The notes below the pieces were generated by a model, which did not search any database, was not told the DNA's origin, and saw only the letters and a program-made list of their open reading frames with translations. DNA of 64,000 nucleotides from Macrostomum lignano. Taxonomy: Eukaryota. The stretch's first letter is position 1, and every line of letters starts with the position of its first letter. The stretch covers positions 981,335-1,045,334 of the forward strand of contig NIVC01000033.1 in the NCBI GenBank assembly GCA_002269645.1, read 5' to 3'. Below are positions 46,186 through 56,543 of the stretch, piece by piece. The position numbers were made by a program, and so were the translations under genes.

Positions 46186-47125
46186 ATTCGGCCGCTGCGC
46201 CGCCAAGGCGGGGGAGGGGGGGAGCCAAGACTTGCTGGCCAAGGACCGGCTGCCCCAGCCCACTGTGAATCTGCGCGGCATGGTTGGAACACCTTCTTTC
46301 GAACAGTAGAGAGAGCCTGACCTCACCGAGTGCATGGCATCAATGAAGCGTTAGGCGAGCCTCATTTATTATCGAATTTGTGTTCATCTATTCCAATATT
46401 TATTCCAGTATCCGTCCTTAGTTAATAGCAATTCATTCTCATTGGCAAGGCTAAAACTGAGTTTGTCCTTAGTTGTCTACTTGAAATTCGCTAAAAAAAT
46501 GAAATGTTGTTTTTTTACAAATAAAACTTTAACTTCTCTTTTATTGAAGTTGGCTGTGAATTAAAATTTTTCTGTGCGGCTCTCACGCCTCCGTCCCAAG
46601 CTCGCCTATTTTCTGTTTCATATTTTAATTGTTGTGAAATTTTTACTGCTAAATTTGCGAAATATGACAAAATTTTTTCCTCGTCTCTCTGCGCGTCATA
46701 TGCTACTCATCAGTCTAGTATAGTAGACTACATTGATTTATTAGTTTATTTATTAGCTCCCGTCCCTCCTCCTAGCAACCTCAGCTTTGACAGGCCGCAA
46801 AGTTTGGTGGAGTAAAAAATATTAATTCCTATCTGCAGGATTAGCATTGACTGTTTTGCGTCATTGGCTGCTGCACCAAATTTAACCCAAACTCGCCAGG
46901 AATTTTTTTCTAAGCTCTAGCAACTATTTATCCTAAATCTTCTAGAATAAGAATATATTATTTATCCTTTGTATGCAAAGTGTTTTGCTGTCTCCACTGG
47001 CAAATTCACTTGTTTTTTGTTTTTTTGCGCCTGCTTTTTTCTATGAAATTAAATCTGAGCTCAGCAGACTTTGAGCAGCTTTGGCTGAAGTGGGTTGCAT
47101 GGCTAATGGCGCTCCAACAGGGATC

Positions 47126-47649
47126 TAGCCATGGTAATATTCTAGTTGCTATGCGGCTGGTGCACCTGTAGCCATGGTAATATTCTAGTTGCTATGCGGC
47201 TGCTGCACCTGTAGCCATGGTGATATTCAAGTTGCTATGCGGCTGCTGCACCTGTAGCCATGGTAATATTCTAGTTGCTATGCGGCTGCTGCACCTGTAG
47301 CCATGGTAATATTCTAGTTGCTATGCGGCTGCTGCACCTGTAGCCATGGTAATATTCTAGTTGCTATGCGGCTGGTGCACCCGTAGCCATGGTGATATTC
47401 TAGTTGCTATGCGGCTGGTGCACCTGTAGCCATGGTGATATTCAAGTTGCTATGCGGCTGGTGCACCTGTATCCATGATGATATTCAAGTTGCTATGCGG
47501 CTGGTGCACCTGTATCCATGGTGATATTCAAGTTGCTATGCGGCTGCTGCACCTGTAGCCATGGTAATATTCTAGTTGCTATGCGGCTGCTGCACCTGTA
47601 GCCATGGTGATATTCAAGTTGCTATGCGGCTGCTGCACCTGTAGCCATG
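47126..47649. repeat. 43-bp satellite, left part
   Basis: Unit TAGCCATGGTAATATTCTAGTTGCTATGCGGCTGCTGCACCTG, about 12 units. Confidence 0.95.
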
Positions 47650-48549
47650 TGTAGTGCATGCGCCCTTGTCAGTTGGCAGGGCGCGTTGCACTTTGGGGCT
47701 GGTTGGGGGGGTTGGCGGGCGTGGCAGGGTTTGGCCGCCGGCCGGGCTTTGCGCGTGCCCCTCCCCAGCCGTGCCCCTGCCCCGTGCTCAGGGCTGGTTG
47801 GCTGCGGCCGGGCCAGCTTTGGCGCGGGTGCTGCCCCTCCACCCTTAGGCGGGGTTTTGATTGGCTGGGCCGGCGTGGTTTGTTTTGGTGAGCTTAGCCG
47901 GTGGGGCCGTCTGCCCCAGGGTTTGGGTGCTATTTATGGTGCGACTCTGGCTCTTGCCCACCACCTGCGTGCTTTTTGTGTTTTGGTGTGCTCCGAGAGT
48001 GCAAGCGCGAGACCTGATAAAAGAAACAGCAACATTAGCTACTTCGATAAAAGAAACAGCAACATTAGCTACTTCGATAAAAGAAACACAATAGCCTAAT
48101 TGAGAAGAGTCTTGGAGAATTAAGAAGAAGTCGGAAACTGCGCTTGAGACCTGCGAATAATAAACGGTGAACAGTCATCTGGCCGCTGGTAAGCCGCCTG
48201 CTGTTTGAGTCCTTTCTTTTCGGGAAGCTTGCTAGGCCGAATTCTTGCCAGAGCGTCATAACGCCGGGAGACCATATAGCTTCTGTAGTACGGTACCGTT
48301 TACCATATATATTGCGTACGCCCTACGGTATAGAGAATAGAAGCACTCGAGAGTGTCACCACACCTCGAGCCGCAGCGTGAACTCTGAGTGTCACAACAC
48401 CAGAGGGATCGAATTATTATCGCAGAGCGTCGCCACGCCTGCTCGTCGTATTCATAAAAGTACAGACAGAGCGTCACAACGCCTGTTATATCACATATAA
48501 TATATATTGTACTCGGGACTGGGCACCCAAGCCGACCCGGGTTACAACA
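47650..48549 (+). repeat. 5' LTR (900 bp)
   Basis: Starts TGTAGT, ends ACAACA just before the PBS. Its last 43 bp are identical to 56501-56543. AATAAA near 48159 and a 30-bp internal duplication near 48016-48075. Confidence 0.9.
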
Positions 48550-48552
48550 AAT

Positions 48553-48570
48553 TGGCGCCCGAACAGGGAC
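48553..48570 (+). other. Primer-binding site, tRNA-Lys(UUU) type
   Basis: TGGCGCCCGAACAGGGAC, the 18-nt tRNA-Lys3 PBS known from lentiviruses, 3 nt after the LTR end. Confidence 0.92.
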
Positions 48571-48794
48571 CCTGTCCCCAAAGATTGAAAGTCGGCTCAG
48601 TTGCTTTCTTTGAAAATTGCTGTCATATTGTGAGCGTTTTTTCTTATTAAAACGACTTTTGCTTATCGCCTGCGGCTATTGCCCTACCGCAAAAGACATT
48701 AATCACGGTGACAGACAACTGATTGGTTATCAGAGATTGATAGCTATCACCACCTCAGAGTAAAGAGTAGCAACGGTATTCAGTGACTTCGGCC

Positions 48795-49715
48795 ATGGGT
48801 GATCAAGCTATGGACCAACTGATCGATGCGCTGGCTGCGCGCCTCAGAGCCAACGCCGACCGAGCAGCGCCACGACTCTCGAAGCCGCCCAAGTACATAC
48901 CAACGATGAATTTCAGCCTATGGCTGCAGAGTTTCAACGAGTACTGCGAGGCTGTCGGTATAGAAGAAGAAGCCAGGCGGCCGCACCTGATCGGCCTACT
49001 CGACCTCACAACAGCCTACGCTGCCGTTGATAAGCTGGACTTGGCAGACGACATCGAGTACGGGGAATTCACGGATACACTGCTGGCGCGGTTCACCATG
49101 AACAGAACAGCCCAGGACTACCGTTTTGAATTATCGAATCGAGATCAGCTAGACAAGGAGTCTGTGGAGACCTACGGGGACGAGCTGCTGGAGTTGGTGC
49201 GCAATGCCTTCCCCACCGCGGATGCCGACACCAGGACAGAGCTGGCGAAAGACAGATTTCTAAAAGGCGTTCGAGTAACCGACACTGTCCGAGAAAGACT
49301 GTACCTGCAGCAGCCGGCCAACCTCACCGATGCCATTCGAACAGTAAGACAACTTGAAGCAGCCCAGAAGGCGTCTTCGACCCAGTCCAAAGCCAGACCC
49401 AGGGCTGGGCTGAATGCCTTTGCCACCGAAACGTCGACAGGTGACACCGGCAAAGACGAGGAGCTACGGCAACTGCGTCAAAAAGTAAAGGAAATGGAAG
49501 AAAAGATCCGACGGATGGAGCAGATCCAGCAGGGCCAGCAGGAGCCGCCCGAACCCGGTCTTCAAGACAAGCAACAATCCAAGCAGGCGGCTCCGTCCAG
49601 CTCGAAGCAGCGTAGCGGTGTCAAGTGCTACAACTGCGGGGAGATAGGCCATCTCTCATTCCAGTGCCCAAAGCCGGGAAAAGGCAAGAGGGGCCCACCA
49701 GCTGGAGGCAAGTGA
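48795..49715 (+). CDS. Gag with CCHC zinc knuckle
   Basis: Open frame from ATG 48795; CYNCGEIGHLSFQC. Confidence 0.9.
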   Translation: MGDQAMDQLIDALAARLRANADRAAPRLSKPPKYIPTMNFSLWLQSFNEYCEAVGIEEEARRPHLIGLLDLTTAYAAVDKLDLADDIEYGEFTDTLLARFTMNRTAQDYRFELSNRDQLDKESVETYGDELLELVRNAFPTADADTRTELAKDRFLKGVRVTDTVRERLYLQQPANLTDAIRTVRQLEAAQKASSTQSKARPRAGLNAFATETSTGDTGKDEELRQLRQKVKEMEEKIRRMEQIQQGQQEPPEPGLQDKQQSKQAAPSSSKQRSGVKCYNCGEIGHLSFQCPKPGKGKRGPPAGGK

Positions 49716-50950
49716 GCCCCTGCAATTCGTCAGCCTCCGAACAAGCCGTCATCTCATCTCATCATCATCAAACGCCCGGTACCGCATCTCATCAGCCTCC
49801 AGTGTCCGGTACTTCATCTCATCAGCTTCCAGTGTCCGGTACAGTGCCTCATCAGCATCCAGTGTCCGGTACTTCATCTCATCAGCCTCCAGTGTCCGGT
49901 ACTGCGCCTCATCAGCATCCAGTGTCCGGTACTGCGCCTCATCAGCATTCAGTGTCCGGTACTGCGCCTCATCAGCCTCCAGCGTCCGGTACAGCGTCTC
50001 ATCAGCCTCCAGTGTCCGGTACTGTGTCTCATCAGCATCCAGTGTCCGGTACAGTGCCTCATCAGCCTCCAGTGTCCGGTACTGCGCCTCATCAGCCTAC
50101 AGTGTCCGGTACTGAGTCTCATCAGCATCCAGTGTCCGGTACTGCGTCTCATCAGCATCCAGTGTCCGGTACTGCGGCTCATCAGCATCCAGTGTCCGGT
50201 ACTGCGCCTCATCAGCATCCAGTGCCCGGTACAGCGTCTCATCAGCCTCCAGTGTCCGGTACTGTGTCTCATCAGCATCCAGTGTCCGGTACAGTGCCTC
50301 ATCAGCCTCCAGCGTCCGGTACTGCACCTCACCATCAACTAGCCGGTTTTGCACAGTCGCAGCGCCCAATCACCGTCAACGCACCTCAGTCAATTCAAAT
50401 CAATCCTGCGTCGATATATGTTACGGCCTCAATCGCAGGGCGGAGGGTGAACGCGCTAGTGGACTCGGGAGCTTCCTGCACCATTATCTCACGGGAAGCC
50501 TACCAAAGTATGCCGAAACAGAGCGTCAGAGATTTGGCCGGTGCTGAAGGCTATGTTAGCTTAGCAAACGGCAGCCCGATCGAAATCGAGAGAACAGTCC
50601 TGTTGCGACTGTCAATCGCTGATAAAGTAATAGATACTCCAGCCTTGGTAGTCAGCGGAGTGAAGTACCAACTGGTATTGGGATCCGACTTCTGCAGGGA
50701 CAACAGTTGCGTCATCGACTACAAGACAGCTGTCTTTTCAGTGCAGGACACTGCAATCCCGTTCCGATGGCAAGCTGAGCGCCCGATCGTTTGCAGAATT
50801 TTGGCGACAAGGTCCAGCACAATACCGCCAGGTCATCAAGCAGTTCTGTCAGCAAGGCTGGAGAGCAAAGGACGACGGAACAGAGGGTGTGTCGGTCTAA
50901 CTGAGAAGCGAACGATTTGGCAGCTGGCCGCTGGCTTGCTAAGGCCTTAG
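49677..50950 (+). CDS. Pol N-terminal frame: 10-aa tandem repeat linker plus aspartic protease
   Basis: -1 frame relative to gag; ALVDSGASCTII active site; LVLGSDF flap motif. Confidence 0.85.
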
Positions 50951-53900
50951 TGATCCCAAATAGCGGCAGCCGTCTGCCGACTCGACTCATCAATATCACG
51001 GAAGAGCCAGTCAGAATTCGCCAAGGTTGTACGCTCGGGTGGTTCTGCCCCCTAGAATCCACCGAACCGTTGAACACCATCAAGCTCTTAGCCGTAGAGT
51101 CAGGAGACGATCCACAGGAAGAGCCGAAGGTCCAAGGCAGCAACAGCCCTTCGGAAGCAGACTTGCTACCAAACTCGTACGGCGACTGTGGACTGTCGAC
51201 GAAAGAAGACGAAGAATTTAGAATCCTTGTCCGGAGTTACAGCGATGTGTTCACGACCAAGCAGACTTCAAGCAAGTTAACTACCGTGGTGGAGCATGAA
51301 ATTAACACCGAGAATGCGCGCCCAATCAAGATCCCACCGCGTCGTCTGCCTCCCCACTTACAGCCAGAAGTAGATCGTCAAGTCAATGAGTTGCTGGAAA
51401 AGGGGCAGATCGAAGAAGCACAGTCACCATGGTGCTTTCCTTTGGTGTGCGTAAAGAAGAAATCAGGGGAAATGAGGATGTGCGTCGATTATCGGAAGTT
51501 GAATGAGGTCACCGTCAAGGATGCAGTGCCGATGCCGAGGGTCGATGATGCGCTGGAGGCAGTACACGGCGCCAAGATCTTCTCGACAATGGACCTTCAC
51601 AGCGGGTTTTGGCAAGTAGGGGTGAGACCTCAGGATCAGGACAAGACGGCGTTTGCAGTGCCGCATCGCGGACAATTTCGATGGAAGGTTATGCCGTTCG
51701 GCTTAGTGAACAGCCCAGCAACATTCACCAGGTTGATGGCAGCCGTTCTGGACAAGCAGATGTGGAAAACCTGTCTCGTCTACATCGACGATCTACTGGT
51801 TTGGTCAACCGACGTGGATGAACACCTGAGAAGACTGGAGGAAATATTCAGCAAGTTGCGGCAAGCAAATTTGTGCCTGAAGCCCCAGAAGTGTCACTTT
51901 TTGCAAAAGCAAGTGAAATTTCTCGGTCACACGCTGTCGGCTGCTGGCATCAGTACCGATGAGGAGAAAGTTCAAAAAGTGAAGAACTGGCCAACACCGC
52001 GATCCTCGACGGAGCTGCATTCATTCTTGGGCCTGTGTGGCTATTACAGAAAGTTTATTAAAGATTTCGCCGCAATAGCAGCGCCTCTAACTCGATTGAC
52101 AACAAAAGACGCAAAGTTTGAATGGAAAACGGAACAGCAGCTGGCGTTCGAAACATTGAAGGAACGAATGACAAGTTCAGAGGTTATGGCTCATCCGGAT
52201 TTCTCCCCGGATGCCGGAGAGTTTATCCTCGATACTGATGGCAGTTCGAAGATGGGCATAGGAGCGGTACTTTCTCAAGTCCAGCCAGATGGAGCAGAAC
52301 GAGTGATCGCCTATGGGTCCAAGACACTAAATCAAGCCGAACGCAACTATTGTACGACTCGTTTAGAACTACTAGCGGTTGTGACTTTCATCATGAAGTT
52401 CAGATACTATCTGCTTGGAAAAGCGTTCTGTCTGCGAACGGACCACAGCAGCCTGCAATGGTTAAAAAACTTCAGTGACGCCGAGGGACAGGTTGCTCGC
52501 TGGTTGGAGAAGTTGGCTCCATTTCAGTACCGCATCGTTCACAGACCAGGTCGATCGCATGGCAACGCGGACGCAATGTCGAGGAAGCCAGTACGGAGAC
52601 ATTTCGGAGCGGAGACATGCCCGGCATGTGCGCAACATCCAGAAGGACTAAATGCAGTCGAATTTGAACGATTCTCAGCCGGCAATCTGGCAAGCGAGCA
52701 GGATCAAGACGACGATTTGAGAACAGTAAAGGAAGCGCTTGGCTCAAACCCAGTTCCAGATAAAAGCGAGACAGCTTGGAGTCCACTGGCTAGAGCCGTC
52801 TGGACTCGAAAAGACGACCTGGTGCTGCAAGAGAACGTGCTCCTTGTGAGAAACAAAGACAGGCGCGATGAGTATCAAATGGTGCTGCCACGAAAGGCAT
52901 TGGATCGTATCTTGAAAACCCTACACGAGAGAGTGGGAGGTGGCCACATGGGCTTTGCGAAGACAAAATTTAAAGTGCTTCAGCGCTACTGGCGTCCAGG
53001 ATTGTCTCGTGCCATTGAAGAATATATTCGCGGTTGTGCCACCTGCTGCAAGTCAAAGCCGGGCAAGCGAAACCGAGCACCCCTGCAACCGTTGACATTC
53101 GCAGCACCATTCGATTGCGTCATGATGGACATTGTCGGGCCGCTACCGCGGAGTAAGGCTGGAAACATTTATCTCCTGACAGTCCAAGATTCGTTTACGA
53201 AGTGGCCTGACGCGTACCCGCTTCGCAACCAGAAGGCAAGGACGGTGGCAAGGGCGCTTTTCAATCGATGGATTAGCCAGCATGGGTGTCCGAGTACTTT
53301 GCACAGCGACCAAGGAAGAAACTTCGAATCGCAAGTGATGCGCGAAATGTGCAGGATACTCGAGATCCGCAAGTCCAGAACAACAGCTTATCATCCGAGC
53401 GGAAATGGACAAGTAGAAAACTTCAATAAAAGTTTAAAATCCATCCTCAAGTGCTGCCTAGAGGACTCAGGACGAAACGACTGGGAAGAATTCGTCAGCT
53501 CTGCGTTAATGGCGTACCGATCAAGCGTGCATCGAGCAACGGGTTATACTCCCCACTACATGGTCTATGGCACGGAGATGCGCCTACCGATAGACTTGAC
53601 TGACCAGCCGCCACAGCCTGTCGATTCGCATGTAAATTTCGTCAAGGAGCTAGAAGACAAATTGCAGACAGCTCATCGCGCTGCTCGACAGCAGTTGAAT
53701 ACTTATCAGCGGCGACAGAAGGACCAGTACGATAAAAGAACCCGAGGATCCGATATTCAGGAGGGTGACCATGTCTTCGTCTACAGCCCCGCCCTGAAAC
53801 CAGACGAAGCCGCAAAGTTTCACGTAAGCTGGCTCGGCCCAGTGAAGGTGCTCGAAAGAAGATCCGAGGTGCTCTTCAAAGTGGAAAACCCGTCAAATCG

Positions 53901-54225
53901 TAAAAAGTCGAAGTTCGTCCACTTCAACAACCTCCGGAAGTTCGCTCGACCGGCCGCCCTGGAAACACCAGTTAGGACCGCGGCACCGCCGGAAGTGGTC
54001 GACGAGACGGACTCGGAGGCAGATGCGGAAGGCGAGACTTGGACTCGGCCTCAACTGATGCCGCCACAGGACGCTGAGGAAGTCGCCGAGGTGCTGGAAG
54101 AGCAGATGGAGTTGGTTGACGACCCGCAGCCTACTCATAACCCGGTGGAAGCTGCACCTGAGCCTCGAAGGTCCGGAAGGTTGCGACGGCCGCCGGATCG
54201 CTATGGCCAGCCAGTGACATTCTAA
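50917..54225 (+). CDS. Pol: reverse transcriptase, RNase H, integrase
   Basis: SPWCFP..RMCVDYRKLN, MPFGL, YIDD; RNase H DTDGS..ELLAV..TDHSSL; integrase HHCC, MDIVGP, HSDQGRNFES, GQVE. Out of frame with the protease ORF by one base. Confidence 0.93.
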   Translation: MAAGRWLAKALVIPNSGSRLPTRLINITEEPVRIRQGCTLGWFCPLESTEPLNTIKLLAVESGDDPQEEPKVQGSNSPSEADLLPNSYGDCGLSTKEDEEFRILVRSYSDVFTTKQTSSKLTTVVEHEINTENARPIKIPPRRLPPHLQPEVDRQVNELLEKGQIEEAQSPWCFPLVCVKKKSGEMRMCVDYRKLNEVTVKDAVPMPRVDDALEAVHGAKIFSTMDLHSGFWQVGVRPQDQDKTAFAVPHRGQFRWKVMPFGLVNSPATFTRLMAAVLDKQMWKTCLVYIDDLLVWSTDVDEHLRRLEEIFSKLRQANLCLKPQKCHFLQKQVKFLGHTLSAAGISTDEEKVQKVKNWPTPRSSTELHSFLGLCGYYRKFIKDFAAIAAPLTRLTTKDAKFEWKTEQQLAFETLKERMTSSEVMAHPDFSPDAGEFILDTDGSSKMGIGAVLSQVQPDGAERVIAYGSKTLNQAERNYCTTRLELLAVVTFIMKFRYYLLGKAFCLRTDHSSLQWLKNFSDAEGQVARWLEKLAPFQYRIVHRPGRSHGNADAMSRKPVRRHFGAETCPACAQHPEGLNAVEFERFSAGNLASEQDQDDDLRTVKEALGSNPVPDKSETAWSPLARAVWTRKDDLVLQENVLLVRNKDRRDEYQMVLPRKALDRILKTLHERVGGGHMGFAKTKFKVLQRYWRPGLSRAIEEYIRGCATCCKSKPGKRNRAPLQPLTFAAPFDCVMMDIVGPLPRSKAGNIYLLTVQDSFTKWPDAYPLRNQKARTVARALFNRWISQHGCPSTLHSDQGRNFESQVMREMCRILEIRKSRTTAYHPSGNGQVENFNKSLKSILKCCLEDSGRNDWEEFVSSALMAYRSSVHRATGYTPHYMVYGTEMRLPIDLTDQPPQPVDSHVNFVKELEDKLQTAHRAARQQLNTYQRRQKDQYDKRTRGSDIQEGDHVFVYSPALKPDEAAKFHVSWLGPVKVLERRSEVLFKVENPSNRKKSKFVHFNNLRKFARPAALETPVRTAAPPEVVDETDSEADAEGETWTRPQLMPPQDAEEVAEVLEEQMELVDDPQPTHNPVEAAPEPRRSGRLRRPPDRYGQPVTF

Positions 54226-54329
54226 TGGGTTACTCGTCATCGTGAAGTCTCATCAGTTTCATATGCGATTATCGTTAAAAGCCAGAAAAATATTTCGCGA
54301 ATGCGTCATTCATCATAAATACGAGTACT

Positions 54330-56504
54330 TCATCAACGCCCTCAACCTTCGCGATCCGCTCTACCGTCCGCCGAAGCGGCCACCGCGGCGCTACTACCGC
54401 GCGCTCAGAGCCACCGATACGCAGCGTCGCTTTGCTAGCGCCTTTAACACCGCGCTGGGCGACAAGCGTGGAAGTGCCGAGTATGCGGAAGTGTGCGCTG
54501 CAATCAGAACCGCCGCGGAGCAAGCAGTCCCGATGATGCAGCCGGCTCAACGTGGGCAGCCGGTCTGGCAGGACGACCCCGCGATTCAGGCAGCGAGGGA
54601 AGATCTGGAGAAGCTCCGCTTGAGCAGGCGACCAACCCGCGAGGCAGAGGCAGCTCTGGCAGCTGTCTACCTGCAGCGCCAACAAGCGGCTGTCGATGAC
54701 GCCATTCAGGCTGTCTCTGCCGCTGGGCCCGATGCCAGAGGGCGCGTGGCCTGGTCCGCCATCAACGCTCTGACGGGACGAAAGCGGCGCAATCCGCTGA
54801 ACCTGGCTGGTGACACGCCGGACGAGCGTAGGAACGAGCTGCGCGAGTTCTTCGCCGCCATCGTCAACGCGCCGCCACCCCCGCTGCCAGACAGTCTGAC
54901 GCTGCCGCCGGAGACGCCGCTGCCGGCAGAGGAGAGTTTCAGCGTAGCCCCAGTCAACGCAGCCGACGTTGTCAAGCTCGCCCAGCAGTCACCGGGCGGG
55001 AAAGCGCTGGGTCCGGACGAGGTGCCCATCGAGGCGCTGCGCATCCCCTGTGTGGCCGCTGAGGTCGCCAGAGTGATGAACCGCGTGCTCTTCGGTGAGG
55101 CGGCGCCCAACGAATGGACCACGGCGCACATCGTTGCTGTTCCAAAGAAGCCGGGCACCACTAGGCTTGAAGACCATCGAGGCATCTGCCTTCAGTCCTG
55201 TGCAGCGAAGCTGTTCAACCGGATGCTGCTTTCGCGGTTGCAGCCCGTGCTGGATCCGTACCTGCGCCCAGAGCAGAACGGGTTCCGGCCCCATCGCGGC
55301 ACAGTGGCGCAGATCCTGGCTCTTCGCCGAGTCATCGAGGAGGCGCGGATTCGTCAGTCGATACTGATTTTAATCTTTATTGATTTCAAGAAGGCATTCG
55401 ACTCGGTTGTCAGAGCCGTGCTTCCAATGGTGCTCCGCGCGTACAACGTGCCTGAGCAGCTGATCTCCGCCGTCATGGCGATGTACCGTGATACGACAGC
55501 TGCTGTGACAACACCGGACGGCCTATCGGACTCCTTTGAGACATCCTCCGGAGTGCTTCAGGGAGATACGCTGGCGCCGTTTCTGTTCGTCCTGGTGCTT
55601 GACTGGGTGCTGCGGACTGCTCTTCCTACCGACGACGACGGTTTTCTGCTGCAGCGACGCGTGGGTCGACGTCAACCGGAGAAGCGGCTCAGCGTGCTTG
55701 GCTACGCCGACGACCTCGCCCTGCTGTCCTCGACCGTCGAGGGCGCCCAACGGCAGCTGGACAGGCTGGTTGCCGTTGCGGCGAGTGTCGGCCTGGTGGT
55801 CAACACGCAGAAGACCGTTGTGCTCTGCGTGCCGGACGACATCGAGGCTGCAATATTTTGCCGAGGCGCTGACGGGCAGGCGACCGAACTCCCGCGATGT
55901 CAGCAGTTCGTCTACCTCGGCGGTCTGGTTCCAGACGCTCGCGAGGACCTGCGACGCCGCCGCGGGCTTGCCTGGGCTGCCTTTCGTTCTGTGAGGGCAG
56001 TCCTGCAGTCCGAGGCCCTACCGGACCGCCAGAGGGCGGCGCTGTTCCAGGCGGTAATCGAGACCGTCCTGCTGTACAACGCCGAGACCTGGACGCTGAC
56101 GGACTCACTCGAACAGCAAGTCGATGCGGCGCACGCTGGTCTGCTGCGCGCCGCCTTCAACATCGGCGTCGAGCGAGTCACCAACGCGGCACTCTATCGC
56201 CGCGCTGGCCTGCCACGTCCAAGTGATCTACTGCGCCGTCGGCGACTCCAGCTCGCAGGCCATCTCATCCGCGCCGAGTCGTACTGCCCACAGCCGGTGC
56301 AGGAGGTGCTGCTGCTCACGCTGCAGGCACCCTACCGGCGAGGTCAAGCGCGAACTCGGCGTTATGTCGACTGTCTGCTGGCTGACGCCGGCGCCCCGGA
56401 CACTGCCGGTGGCGCGGCCTTTGTTCGCGCCCAAGCCATGAAGCGCGCCCTGTGACGCTGACTTTTACCATCATGACAGCGTATTTTGTTGTTGTTGTTG
56501 TTGT
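54330..56504 (+). mobile_element. 5'-truncated non-LTR retrotransposon (RTE/RTEX-like), RT domain intact, no endonuclease
   Basis: EQNGFRPHR, IDFKKAFDSV, GVLQGDTLAPFLF, YADD, LLYNAETWTLT, RRLQLAGH; short 3' UTR ending in (GTT)n. The 5' junction is approximate, placed at the AT-to-GC shift. Confidence 0.9.
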
Positions 56505-56543
56505 ACTCGGGACTGGGCACCCAAGCCGACCCGGGTTACAACA
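56501..56543 (+). repeat. Residual U5 end of the 3' LTR (43 bp)
   Basis: Identical to 48507-48549. Confidence 0.92.

Larger units (their letters stand above)
47650..56543 (+). mobile_element. Ty3/Gypsy LTR retrotransposon whose 3' part is replaced by a nested LINE
   Basis: TGT...ACA termini, CATG target duplication at 47646-47649 and 56544-56547, PBS, gag-PR-RT-RH-IN domain order. Confidence 0.95.

Noticed and set aside
54242-56455. env-like third ORF of the Gypsy element
   Set aside because: It carries non-LTR RT motifs (QGDTLAP, YADD) and a microsatellite tail, with no signal peptide or transmembrane segment.
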